A stretch of DNA of 43,219 nucleotides from an uncultured Candidatus Saccharibacteria bacterium (GCA_964651635.1 CAZYWT010000004.1:1-43219), one strand, 5' to 3'; positions 34,846-42,858 are shown, counted from the first letter of the stretch. Notes: generated from the sequence alone by a model not told the origin. Translations and numbers: made by a program.

Positions 34846-35890
34846 TAAATTTCTCTCTCTTTTGAATGATGATATCGCTATTGATTTGGGAACGGCTTAT
34901 TCTCTTGTGTATGTGAAGGGCAGAGGAATTGTTATAAACGAGCCGTCGGTAGTTGCTATTAACGAAAAAACGGGGCAAATTTTAGCGGTGGGCGAAGAAG
35001 CAAAAAAAATGGTTGGAAAAACCCCGTCTTACATTCGCGCCATAAAGCCGCTCGAACGGGGTGTGGTATCCGACTTTGAAGTAACGGAGCAGATGATTAG
35101 GTATTTTATAGAAAAGGCTCAAACAAAAAAAACTTTTTCCCTAACTTGGCCCAGGGTGATTATAGGCATTCCTTCCGGGGTAACGGAGGTGGAACGAAAA
35201 GCGGTGGAAGACGCCGCTCGCGGAGCGGGAGCGCGGGAAGTTTATTTAATAGACGAACCGGTCGCCGCCGCCGTGGGCGCTCGCTTGCCTATACAAGAAG
35301 CCAAAGGAAATTTTATAATAGATATAGGAGGGGGGACGACGGAAATCGCCGTAATATCTTTGGGGGGAGTGGTTTGCTCTCAAAGTTTAAAAGTCGCCGG
35401 TGACCAATTAAACAGAGATATAATTTCTTGCATTCAAAATAATTTCAAGTTGCTCATAGGAGAGAGAACCGCCGAAGAAGTTAAAATATCAATAGGAACG
35501 GCAATCCCCCTAAAAGAGAAAAAATACGCCGCCTTGAGGGGAAGAAATTTAGTAAGCGGATTGCCGGAGGAAATACAAGTGAGTTCTGAAGATATAAGAA
35601 AAGCGATGGAAAAGTCCGTTTCTCAAATAGTGGAAGCGGTAAAAACAAACATAGAAGAAACGCCCCCGGAACTTCTCGCCGATATTATGAGAGACGGAAT
35701 AAATATGACCGGCGGGGGAGCTCTTTTAGGCGGATTAGACAAGTTAATATCTCAAAGCGCCGGAATGACGGTTAACATAATAGAAGACCCCTTAACGGCA
35801 GTGGTTCGCGGGGGAGGGATTGTGTTGGAAAATATAGAAGAATTAAAGGAGGTATTATCCGAAACCGAAAATTCGGAAATTCCCAAATAA
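34829..35890 (+). CDS. mreB: rod-shape determining protein MreB (paralog 2)
   Basis: 353-aa actin-fold ORF with IAIDLGTAYS, DIGGGTTE and MTGGGALLGG motifs. Confidence 0.93.
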   Translation: MKKLFNKFLSLLNDDIAIDLGTAYSLVYVKGRGIVINEPSVVAINEKTGQILAVGEEAKKMVGKTPSYIRAIKPLERGVVSDFEVTEQMIRYFIEKAQTKKTFSLTWPRVIIGIPSGVTEVERKAVEDAARGAGAREVYLIDEPVAAAVGARLPIQEAKGNFIIDIGGGTTEIAVISLGGVVCSQSLKVAGDQLNRDIISCIQNNFKLLIGERTAEEVKISIGTAIPLKEKKYAALRGRNLVSGLPEEIQVSSEDIRKAMEKSVSQIVEAVKTNIEETPPELLADIMRDGINMTGGGALLGGLDKLISQSAGMTVNIIEDPLTAVVRGGGIVLENIEELKEVLSETENSEIPK

Positions 35891-35896
35891 ATTAAA

Positions 35897-36202
35897 ATGC
35901 TTGGCAAAAAAGAAACAGAAAAAATCGCTCGCTTGTCTCGCATATCGCTAAGCGAGAGCGAAGAAGAGAAAATAAGGAAAGACCTTTCCGATATCTTGGG
36001 TTATTTCGAAAAGTTAAAAGAATTAGACACCGATTCCGTTTCTCTTTTTTTTAATCCTTCCGGCAATAAAAATGTGTTTCGAGAAGACAGAGCGGAATTA
36101 TCTCAAGATTTTACAAGAGAGCAAATAAAAAAACAATTCCCTGAAAAAGAGAATAATTATTTGAAAGTAAAAGAAGTTCTCAAAAAGGATTTATCAAACT
36201 AA
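35897..36202 (+). CDS. gatC: Asp/Glu-tRNA amidotransferase subunit C
   Basis: 101-aa ORF with KIARLSRISLSESEEE...ILGYFEKL pattern, adjacent to gatA. Confidence 0.88.
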   Translation: MLGKKETEKIARLSRISLSESEEEKIRKDLSDILGYFEKLKELDTDSVSLFFNPSGNKNVFREDRAELSQDFTREQIKKQFPEKENNYLKVKEVLKKDLSN

Positions 36203-36214
36203 AATTTAATTATT

Positions 36215-37648
36215 ATGAATTTTGGTAAAATAACAATAAAAAAAATGGCGGAAGGGCTAAATAAAAAGGACTTTGGCTCGGAGGAAATTGTGAATTATTT
36301 TTTAAGCAATATAAAAGAAAAAGATAAAGAATTGGACGCTTTTTTATCTGTTTTTGAAGAAAAAGCCCAAAAACAGGCGCAAGAAATAGACAAAATAAGA
36401 GGGAAAGAAAAATTGCCAAAATTGGCGGGAATTCCAGTGGCCGTGAAAGACAACATTTTAATTAAAGGAGAACTTTGCTCCGCCGGCTCTAAAATGCTCG
36501 AAAATTACACCGCTCCTTACGACGCCGAGGTAATCAGGAAAATAAAAAACGAAAAAATGATATTTTTAGGGAAAACAAACTTAGATGAATTTGCTATGGG
36601 TTCTTCCACGGAAAATTCCGCTTTCAAAATAACAAAAAATCCTCAAGATAGACGATTAGTCCCGGGTGGCTCTTCCGGAGGGTCGGCGGTAGCGGTAAAA
36701 GCAGGAGAATCTCCCGTTGCTCTTGGCAGCGACACAGGCGGCTCTATAAGGCAACCGGCCGCTTTTTGCGGAGTGGCGGGATTAAAGCCAACCTACGGAG
36801 CGGTTTCTCGCAGGGGATTGGTGGCTTTCGGTTCTTCTCTTGACCAAATTGGTCCCTTGGCTAACCGAGTGGAAGATTGCCGAGAAATGTTTGGCGTTAT
36901 AAAAGGAAAAGACGGCAAAGATTCTACCAGCGCCGACGCGCCGGAAGTAAAAGAAAAAACGGCGGAAAATCTAAAAAACTGGAAAATAGGATTGCCAAAA
37001 GAATATTTTGGGGAAGGAGTGGATAAAACGATTTCGCAAAAAGTGAAAGATTTAGCAAAAAAACTGGAAAAAGAAGGAGCGGAAATAATAGAAATTTCTC
37101 TTCCAACAAACCTTTACGCTTTACCTGCCTATGTTATAATATCAACATCGGAAGCAAGCGCTAATTTGGCTCGTTATGACGGAATAAAATATGGAGGAGT
37201 AAACCCCCGAGATGCGAAAGACCTTTTTGATGTTTATATAAAAAATAGGGGAGAGGGTTTTGGCAGAGAAGTGAAAAGAAGAATAATGCTGGGAACTCAT
37301 TCTCTTTTTTCCGGCTATTACGACGCTTATTACTTAAAAGCGCAAAAAACAAGAAGTTTAATAAAACAAGATTTTGAAAATGCTTTTAAGAAAGTGGACG
37401 CGCTTTTGACTCCTGTTACTCCGTCCCTTCCTTTTAAGATAGGGGAGAAGGTTCAAGAACCGCTTCAAATGTATATGTCCGATATTTTAACCGTGGCGGT
37501 TAATTTGGCGAGAATTCCTTCGCTCGCTTTGCCGATTGGCGAGGAAAAAGGACTTTCCGTGGGATGCCAAATTATGGGAGATTTCTTTTCCGAGAAAAAT
37601 TTGTTTAATTTGGGAGAAAAAATAGAAGAGATTGTCTCTAAAAAATAA
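36215..37648 (+). CDS. gatA: Asp/Glu-tRNA amidotransferase subunit A
   Basis: 477-aa amidase-signature ORF (GGSSGGSAVAV, GSDTGGSIRQPA). Confidence 0.95.
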   Translation: MNFGKITIKKMAEGLNKKDFGSEEIVNYFLSNIKEKDKELDAFLSVFEEKAQKQAQEIDKIRGKEKLPKLAGIPVAVKDNILIKGELCSAGSKMLENYTAPYDAEVIRKIKNEKMIFLGKTNLDEFAMGSSTENSAFKITKNPQDRRLVPGGSSGGSAVAVKAGESPVALGSDTGGSIRQPAAFCGVAGLKPTYGAVSRRGLVAFGSSLDQIGPLANRVEDCREMFGVIKGKDGKDSTSADAPEVKEKTAENLKNWKIGLPKEYFGEGVDKTISQKVKDLAKKLEKEGAEIIEISLPTNLYALPAYVIISTSEASANLARYDGIKYGGVNPRDAKDLFDVYIKNRGEGFGREVKRRIMLGTHSLFSGYYDAYYLKAQKTRSLIKQDFENAFKKVDALLTPVTPSLPFKIGEKVQEPLQMYMSDILTVAVNLARIPSLALPIGEEKGLSVGCQIMGDFFSEKNLFNLGEKIEEIVSKK

Positions 37649-37656
37649 AACAATAT

Positions 37657-38232
37657 ATGAATTCAACATCAAGCGCGATAGGTATTTTGGGAGAAGAATT
37701 TCCGCCCGTTTTTCAAAAAAGCAAAGAAATTTTGGAAATAATTTTATCTTCCGAACTCCAAGAAACTCTCGCCTTATTTAGAACGGCTATTATAGTTTTA
37801 TCCGCCATCGCTTTTGTTTTAGGAATTGTCTTGCTTTTGAAATCCGACTATATGGATTGGCTTTTCTTGAATCATTTTAGGGATTTTTCCTCAAAGAAAT
37901 CGCAAATTAAAAAGAAAGCTATAAGGAGATGGGAGAAAAACAAGAAAAAATTTGAAAAAGCGAAAGCGGAAAACGAATGGAAATTGTCGCTTTTAACGGG
38001 CGCTGATATTTTGGGAGACGCTCTAAAAAGAGCGGGATTTAGGGGGGACACATTGTCGGAAAAAGTGAGCCAGTTAAGCGCCAAAGAGGTTTCCGCGGTA
38101 GAGGAGCTAAAAAATACAATTTTTAAGTGTCAAACAATAGCGGAAAATCCCGAGACGCCTTTTGGCCGAGACGAAGCCGAGAAACATATAAAAACATTAG
38201 ATAAAGCCATAAAGGATATAAGTAAGTTATAA
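37657..38232 (+). CDS. hypothetical single-TM protein
   Basis: 191-aa ORF with one TM helix (AIIVLSAIAFVLGIVLLL) and a K-rich segment. No recognisable family. Confidence 0.55.
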   Translation: MNSTSSAIGILGEEFPPVFQKSKEILEIILSSELQETLALFRTAIIVLSAIAFVLGIVLLLKSDYMDWLFLNHFRDFSSKKSQIKKKAIRRWEKNKKKFEKAKAENEWKLSLLTGADILGDALKRAGFRGDTLSEKVSQLSAKEVSAVEELKNTIFKCQTIAENPETPFGRDEAEKHIKTLDKAIKDISKL

Positions 38233-38279
38233 ATAAATTAACTTTTTTGTTTAAGAAAACACAAATGAGGGATGAGGAG

Positions 38280-38307
38280 TTGCAATTTTTTGATAATGTG
38301 TTATAAT
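38280..38307 (+). promoter_or_regulatory. candidate promoter of the 45-aa membrane peptide gene
   Basis: TTGCAA (38280-38285), 16-nt spacer ending in TGT, TATAAT (38302-38307). Confidence 0.6.
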
Positions 38308-38352
38308 TAAAGCATGATTAGATAGGCAAATTCATAAGCAAAGGAGGAAGGA

Positions 38353-38490
38353 ATGGAAGCAGTTTTTTTTATATATGCATTGATGATAGTGGGAATGGGG
38401 CTTTTCTTTCTCTACATTCTTAACAACGGAATGTGGGAGATTACGAAAGCTCTTCAAGAAATCAAAAAAATTCTTGAAGAGAAGAAATAG
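38353..38490 (+). CDS. small membrane peptide (45 aa)
   Basis: Not in the ORF track. AAGGAGGAAGGA precedes the ATG at 38353. Translation is MEAVFFIYALMIVGMGLFFLYILNNGMWEITKALQEIKKILEEKK. A terminator follows directly. Confidence 0.6.
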   Translation: MEAVFFIYALMIVGMGLFFLYILNNGMWEITKALQEIKKILEEKK

Positions 38491-38498
38491 CCCCCATA

Positions 38499-38525
38499 AG
38501 GCGCCGAAATCTCGGCGCCTTTTTT
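38499..38525 (+). terminator. intrinsic terminator
   Basis: GGCGCCGA-aatc-TCGGCGCC followed by T6. Confidence 0.85.
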
Positions 38526-38563
38526 ATATAGAATTTCGGCGCCTGCCTTGACATCACATCGAT

Positions 38564-38602
38564 ATTGGGCGGTTGCTTCCTCTGGGGAAGCAACCGCCCA
38601 AT
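38564..38602. repeat. 17-bp-stem hairpin built from the GGGCGGTTGC family motif
   Basis: ATTGGGCGGTTGCTTCC-tctgg-GGAAGCAACCGCCCAAT, flanked by the GATATT / ACATCG motifs also seen in copies D and E. Confidence 0.8.
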
Positions 38603-38650
38603 AATTACATCGGAACAGCTCTTTTCGCGGCGCTTTTTTACAAACAAAAG

Positions 38651-38678
38651 TTGATTAGTGATATTTTTTTGGTATAAT
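38651..38678 (+). promoter_or_regulatory. promoter of the tRNA operon
   Basis: TTGATT (38651-38656), 16-nt spacer ending in TGG, TATAAT (38673-38678). It lies 13 nt upstream of the tRNA 5' end. Confidence 0.65.
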
Positions 38679-38691
38679 AAATTACAATTGA

Positions 38692-38765
38692 CGCGGGGTA
38701 GAGCAGTTTGGTAGCTCGTCGGGCTCATAACCCGGAGGACGCAGGTTCAAATCCTGCCCCCGCAA
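38692..38765 (+). tRNA. initiator tRNA-fMet (CAT)
   Basis: Manual cloverleaf. C1xA72 mismatch, three G-C pairs closing the anticodon stem (TCGGG-CTCATAA-CCCGA), T-loop GGTTCAAATCC. CCA is not encoded. Confidence 0.85.
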
Positions 38766-38848
38766 CATCAATTTTATTCAAATCTTTGATTTGATTATAA
38801 AATTGAATGTCTGCCGAAATGAAATGTAGGCAGAAATATGTGGGTATT

Positions 38849-39109
38849 ATGTTTTTCGTTTATGTTTTAAGAAGCGTTGTGGATAAAAAACTTTATATTG
38901 GATTCACTTCTAATCTAAAGAAAAGAGTTGATAAACATAATTCTAAAGAGGTCAAATCAACAAGAGATAGAGTTCCCTTTAAACTTATTTATTACGAATC
39001 TTATATAAATGAAGAATATGCGAGAAAAAGAGAACGCAAACTTAAAAAAATGGGTTCCAAAAGAGAGACCTTAAAAAAAGAATTAGAAAAAACTTTAAAG
39101 GACAATTAA
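38849..39109 (+). CDS. stand-alone GIY-YIG nuclease domain protein (YhbQ/UPF0213-like)
   Basis: FFVYVLRS..KKLYIGFTSNLKKRVDKHN and a downstream E match the GIY-YIG pattern. The track ORF begins at 38807. ATG at 38849 fits family N-termini, so the start is uncertain. Confidence 0.75.
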   Translation: MFFVYVLRSVVDKKLYIGFTSNLKKRVDKHNSKEVKSTRDRVPFKLIYYESYINEEYARKRERKLKKMGSKRETLKKELEKTLKDN

Positions 39110-39156
39110 TTTAAAATATAATTTAGCATAAAGTTTATTTATTTGGAAACCATAAA

Positions 39157-39230
39157 GCCGGGGTAGCTCAGTTGGTTAGAGCGAAGGACTCATAAGCCTT
39201 AGGTCGTGGGTTCAATTCCCACCCCCGGTA
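39157..39230 (+). tRNA. tRNA with CAT anticodon (elongator Met or lysidine-modified Ile2)
   Basis: Manual cloverleaf. Acceptor GCCGGGG/CCCCGGT (G1-U72), D-arm GCTC-AGTTGGTTA-GAGC, anticodon loop CTCATAA, T-arm GTGGG-TTCAATT-CCCAC. Confidence 0.8.
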
Positions 39231-39256
39231 TATAAATAAAAATAAAAAAAATAAAT

Positions 39257-39335
39257 GCGGGTGTGGCTTAGTCCGGTTTAAAGCGCTGCCCTGTCACGGC
39301 AGAGATCAGGGGTTCAAATCCCCTCACCCGCGCCA
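39257..39335 (+). tRNA. tRNA-Asp (GTC), CCA encoded
   Basis: Manual cloverleaf. Acceptor GCGGGTG/CACCCGC, anticodon arm CTGCC-CTGTCAC-GGCAG, T-arm AGGGG-TTCAAAT-CCCCT, then GCCA. Confidence 0.88.
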
Positions 39336-39339
39336 AAAT

Positions 39340-39412
39340 GTCCACGAGATTCGTCTATTGGTTAAGACTACGAAGTAGTGTAAATGGGGTTCAATTCCCT
39401 GATTTCGTGGAC
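39340..39412 (+). ncRNA. tRNA-like element lacking a normal anticodon arm (pseudo-tRNA or tRNA-like RNA)
   Basis: 11-bp terminal stem GTCCACGAGAT/ATTTCGTGGAC, canonical D-arm GTCT-ATTGGTTA-AGAC and T-arm TGGGG-TTCAATT-CCCTG. Only 15 nt lie where a 17-nt anticodon arm plus variable loop should be. Confidence 0.5.
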
Positions 39413-39445
39413 GGGGAAGGTAGCGCGCTACCTTCCCCATTTTTT
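39413..39445 (+). terminator. strong intrinsic terminator ending the tRNA operon
   Basis: GGGGAAGGTAG-cgcg-CTACCTTCCCC followed by ATTTTTT. Confidence 0.9.
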
Positions 39446-39452
39446 ATACTTT

Positions 39453-39461
39453 TGGTATAAT
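39453..39461 (+). promoter_or_regulatory. extended -10 promoter (TGGTATAAT) of the R-M operon, apparently leaderless
   Basis: TTTTGGTATAAT ends 6 nt before the ATG at 39468. No Shine-Dalgarno is possible. Confidence 0.6.
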
Positions 39462-39467
39462 AAAGAT

Positions 39468-40052
39468 ATGATTATAAAAATAAAAAATGAAGAACTTGCC
39501 AAGGAGTTAGTTGGTGAAAGGAAAAAATTTCCTAAATATACCTCTCAAATTATAAATTTAGCAGGACAAAATTCTCATGGGACAAGACCTAAGGTGGTAA
39601 GACAACTTTCCGAATTAATAAATGAATGTCCCGAAAAGAGTTATGAAGGATGGAAAAAATGGTATTTAAAAAAATATCCAAAAGCAATAGAAAATGCTAC
39701 TGAAAAAATAGATTTAATGATTAAAAACCTTGAAGAAGCAATTTCTAAAATTGACAAAAAAATGGTTAGAGAGTGGGTTGAAGATTTAGTTTTGGAAAAA
39801 ACTTTTATAGAATTAAGATTTCAGGAGGCAATTTTGAAAAAAATTGCAAAAATTAAAGGAAAAAAATAGAGGTTGTCCAATCCCGGTGAAGAAAGTAAAG
39901 GAATAGATGGATTTATTGGTAATATCCCTATATCTATAAAGCCGGATACATATAAAACCAAGAAATTACTAAGAGAAAATATAGACGCTAAAATAATTTA
40001 TTATAAAAAAACAAAAAGTGGATTGGATATTGATATTGAAGATTTTATTTAA
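39468..40052 (+). pseudogene. type II restriction endonuclease candidate interrupted by one in-frame TAG (codon 134)
   Basis: The ORF from ATG 39468 stops at TAG 39867-39869. The same frame then stays open for 60 more codons (RLSNPGEESKGIDGFIGNIPISIKPDTYK...) to TAA 40050-40052. It lies directly upstream of a DNA methyltransferase. As I recall it resembles the MjaI-type family (unverified). Confidence 0.65.
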
Positions 40053-40059
40053 TTAAAAT

Positions 40060-41007
40060 ATGAAAACTAAACACAAAATTATTATTGGAGATTCTAGAAA
40101 TATGTCAGAAATTGATAATGAATCTATAAATCTAATTATTACATCTCCTCCTTATTGGCAGATAAAGGATTATGGTAATCAAAATCAAATTGGTTTTAAT
40201 GATAATTATAAGGTTTATGTGGAAAAGTTAAATGAGGTTTGGAGAGAATCATATAGAGTTATAGAACCGGGTTGTCGTCTTTGTATAAATATAGGGGATC
40301 AATTTGCTAGAGCCCTAACCTATGGAAGGTATAAAATAATTCCAATACGAACAGAAATAATTAATTATTGCGAATCAATTGGTTTTGATTATATGGGCGC
40401 TATTATTTGGCAAAAAATGACAAGTATGAATACAAGCGGAGGCGCTTCTGTTATGGGTTCTTATCCTTATCCAAGAAATGGGCATATAGTTATTGATTAT
40501 GAGTTTATTCTCTTATTTAAAAAGTTAGGAAAATCTAAAAATAAAAGAAACAAAGAGGTAAAAGAAAAGTCAAAATTAACCAAGGAAGAGTGGAAAAATT
40601 ATTTTAGGGGTCATTGGAATTTTTCTGGTGAAAAACAAAATAAAGGGCATATAGCTATGTTTCCCGAGGAATTACCCTTTCGTCTTATAAAAATGTTTAG
40701 TTTTATAGGAGATACAATTCTTGACCCATTTTTGGGAAGTGGAACAACAACTAAAGTTTCTAAAAAATTAAATAGAAATTCTGTTGGATACGAGATAAAT
40801 GATAAATTTCTACCGCTCATAAAAAAGAAAGTTGGAATAAATAATAAGGCATTATTTAAAGATAGGCATTCTTTTGAAATTATTTATCAAAATAAAGACA
40901 ATTTTAATCAAAGTGAGAATAAAAGATTTTTAGAAAATTCTGATAATTATATAAAAAACAGGATTAATCATCCTGATTATTGGAAACAATTTAAGAATAT
41001 AAATTAA
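40060..41007 (+). CDS. beta-class N4-cytosine/N6-adenine DNA methyltransferase (SPPY type, probably m4C)
   Basis: 315-aa ORF. Motif IV IITSPPYW lies near the N-terminus. AdoMet motif I DPFLGSGTT lies near the C-terminus (order IV then I means beta class). Confidence 0.88.
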   Translation: MKTKHKIIIGDSRNMSEIDNESINLIITSPPYWQIKDYGNQNQIGFNDNYKVYVEKLNEVWRESYRVIEPGCRLCINIGDQFARALTYGRYKIIPIRTEIINYCESIGFDYMGAIIWQKMTSMNTSGGASVMGSYPYPRNGHIVIDYEFILLFKKLGKSKNKRNKEVKEKSKLTKEEWKNYFRGHWNFSGEKQNKGHIAMFPEELPFRLIKMFSFIGDTILDPFLGSGTTTKVSKKLNRNSVGYEINDKFLPLIKKKVGINNKALFKDRHSFEIIYQNKDNFNQSENKRFLENSDNYIKNRINHPDYWKQFKNIN

Positions 41008-41035
41008 TATTTATTTTTTCTATCTAAAGAATTTT

Positions 41036-41044
41036 TGGTATAAT
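41036..41044 (+). promoter_or_regulatory. extended -10 promoter (TGGTATAAT) of xseA, apparently leaderless
   Basis: TTTTTGGTATAAT ends 7 nt before the ATG at 41052. Confidence 0.55.
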
Positions 41045-41051
41045 ACAAGCA

Positions 41052-42368
41052 ATGGATGAAGAATTAACGGTGTCGCAGGCAATAAAATATCTAAACAAAA
41101 TTTTAACCCCGCAATCCCTCGTTGTTAGGGGAGAAGTGGGAAAGAAAATTAACAATTATTCCTTTGGAACTTTTTTTGATATTTTGGATTCGGAAAATAA
41201 AAACATTCTCCATAGTTTGGTTTGGAGAAAAAATTTAGAGAGTTCCGGGGTTAGTTTAAGCGAGGGGGACGAAATTCGGGTTTACGGACATCCAGAAATT
41301 TACCCCGCCAAAGGAGATTTAAGGTTGATGGCGGAATATATCGCTCCTATTGGCGAGGGAAAATTAAAGAAATTATTTGAGGAGTTAAAAAGAAAATTAA
41401 AAAAGGAAGGTATTTTTTCTTTGGAAAATAAAAAGAAAGTTCCTGCTTTTCCCCAAAAATTAGGGCTTATAACATCCCGGACGGCAGACGCTTATTACGA
41501 TTTCAAAAAGCATTTAGAAAAATTCGGGATAGAAGTTTATCTTTATCACACAAAAGTGGAGGGAATATCCGCTGTTCCGGAAATAGAAAGGGGAATTGAT
41601 TTTTTGAATAAAAATTATCCGCAATTGGACGCAATGGTCATTGTGAGGGGAGGAGGAAGCTGGGAGAGTTTGCAGGCCTTTAACTCGGAGCAAATTGCTC
41701 GAGCTATTTTTGCTTCTAAAATTCCCGTGATTGCGGGAGTAGGACACGAAAAAGACGAAACAATTGCCGGACTGGCGGCAGACAAACGAGTTTCTACCCC
41801 AACAGACGCCGGCAAGTTTATCTCCAAGAATTGGCAAGCGGCGCGGGAAAATATGCCAAAATTTGAAAAAAACATAGAAAGACACACAAAAAACTTTATC
41901 TTAAACGCAAAGGAGAAAGAAAAAGTTCTCAAAGATAATTTAGACAATAATTTTTTTATTTTGCTAAATCAAACAAAAGAAAATCTAAAAAGTTTAGAGC
42001 AAAATATCTCGTTTAGATTTAATAAATTTTTTGAAATATTCAGAATAATGGAAAAATCATTTTTGTTAAATTTTGGTAAAATAAAAAAAGCGATAGGAGA
42101 GATAGAACGAGAAAACGCGAGAGTTTATAGCGAGTTGCAAAAAGAAAAAACAAGATGGTTTAATGGATTAAAAGAAAAAGTTTTTAGAGGAGAGAAAACG
42201 CTAAAAGCGTTAAGCCCAAAAGAAACTCTAAAAAGAGGGTATAGCGTTACAAAAAACAGAAGGGGAGAAATAATAAAGCGAGCCAAAAATTTAGAGAAGG
42301 GAGAAGTGATAAAAACAAAGTTTTATAAAGGTCGGGTAATATCAAAAATTCAACAAAAAAATGACTGA
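41052..42368 (+). CDS. xseA: exodeoxyribonuclease VII large subunit
   Basis: 438-aa ORF with an N-terminal OB-fold segment (VRGEVGK..N..S.G..FFDILD), VRGGGSWESL motif and a long helical C-terminus. Confidence 0.9.
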   Translation: MDEELTVSQAIKYLNKILTPQSLVVRGEVGKKINNYSFGTFFDILDSENKNILHSLVWRKNLESSGVSLSEGDEIRVYGHPEIYPAKGDLRLMAEYIAPIGEGKLKKLFEELKRKLKKEGIFSLENKKKVPAFPQKLGLITSRTADAYYDFKKHLEKFGIEVYLYHTKVEGISAVPEIERGIDFLNKNYPQLDAMVIVRGGGSWESLQAFNSEQIARAIFASKIPVIAGVGHEKDETIAGLAADKRVSTPTDAGKFISKNWQAARENMPKFEKNIERHTKNFILNAKEKEKVLKDNLDNNFFILLNQTKENLKSLEQNISFRFNKFFEIFRIMEKSFLLNFGKIKKAIGEIERENARVYSELQKEKTRWFNGLKEKVFRGEKTLKALSPKETLKRGYSVTKNRRGEIIKRAKNLEKGEVIKTKFYKGRVISKIQQKND

Positions 42369-42558
42369 AAAAAAATTTAATTTTACCGACGCTTACAAAA
42401 AAATAGAAGAAATAAACAATTGGTTTCAAGAAGAAAATCTCGACTTGGACGAAGCGCTAAAAAAATATAAAGAAGGAATGGATTTAATTGAAAAATGTAA
42501 ACAGCAATTAAAAGAAGCGGAAAACAAGTTTGAAGATATAAAAAAGAAATACGAATAA
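42361..42558 (+). CDS. xseB: exodeoxyribonuclease VII small subunit
   Basis: 65-aa helical ORF overlapping the xseA end. LDEALKKYKEGMDLIEKC is typical of XseB. Confidence 0.88.
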   Translation: MTEKKFNFTDAYKKIEEINNWFQEENLDLDEALKKYKEGMDLIEKCKQQLKEAENKFEDIKKKYE

Positions 42559-42692
42559 ATAAAAGTGTTAAATTTTAATGTTCTAATCTTAAAGTCAGAA
42601 ATCTCGAAATTAGAATTATTTTATTGATTAAATATATTCTTTGTGTTAGTTTGTTTAGTGTAAAGGCAAGCAAATTAAAAAAGGAGGAAAAG

Positions 42693-42830
42693 ATGAGGTG
42701 TTTTATAATATGGATATTGATATTAGCGCTTTTGGCGCTAAATATCATAAAAGTAATACCTTATCCCGCGTTTTTGACTGGCATAATATGCTTTGTCGCG
42801 GGGTTTGCTCTTGGAGCGTTGCGTAGATAA
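42693..42830 (+). CDS. small membrane peptide (45 aa)
   Basis: AAGGAGGAAAAG precedes the ATG at 42693 (internal Met of track ORF 42624-42830). Two hydrophobic segments. A terminator follows directly. Confidence 0.6.
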   Translation: MRCFIIWILILALLALNIIKVIPYPAFLTGIICFVAGFALGALRR

Positions 42831-42858
42831 CCGGACTTATAAAAAAGTCCGGTTTTTT
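42831..42858 (+). terminator. intrinsic terminator
   Basis: CCGGACTT-ataaaa-AAGTCCGG followed by T6. Confidence 0.85.

Noticed and set aside
38462-38728. Minus-strand 88-aa ORF.
   Set aside because: It overlaps the terminator, the 17-bp palindromic repeat hairpin, the tRNA promoter and the 5' part of tRNA-fMet on the opposite strand. It is spurious.
39867-39869. In-frame TAG in the restriction endonuclease gene as evidence of stop-codon reassignment.
   Set aside because: TAG terminates clearly complete genes in this window (for example rpsI at 27207-27209 and the 38353-38490 peptide). TGA and TAA are also used as stops. A point mutation or sequencing error is the simpler explanation.
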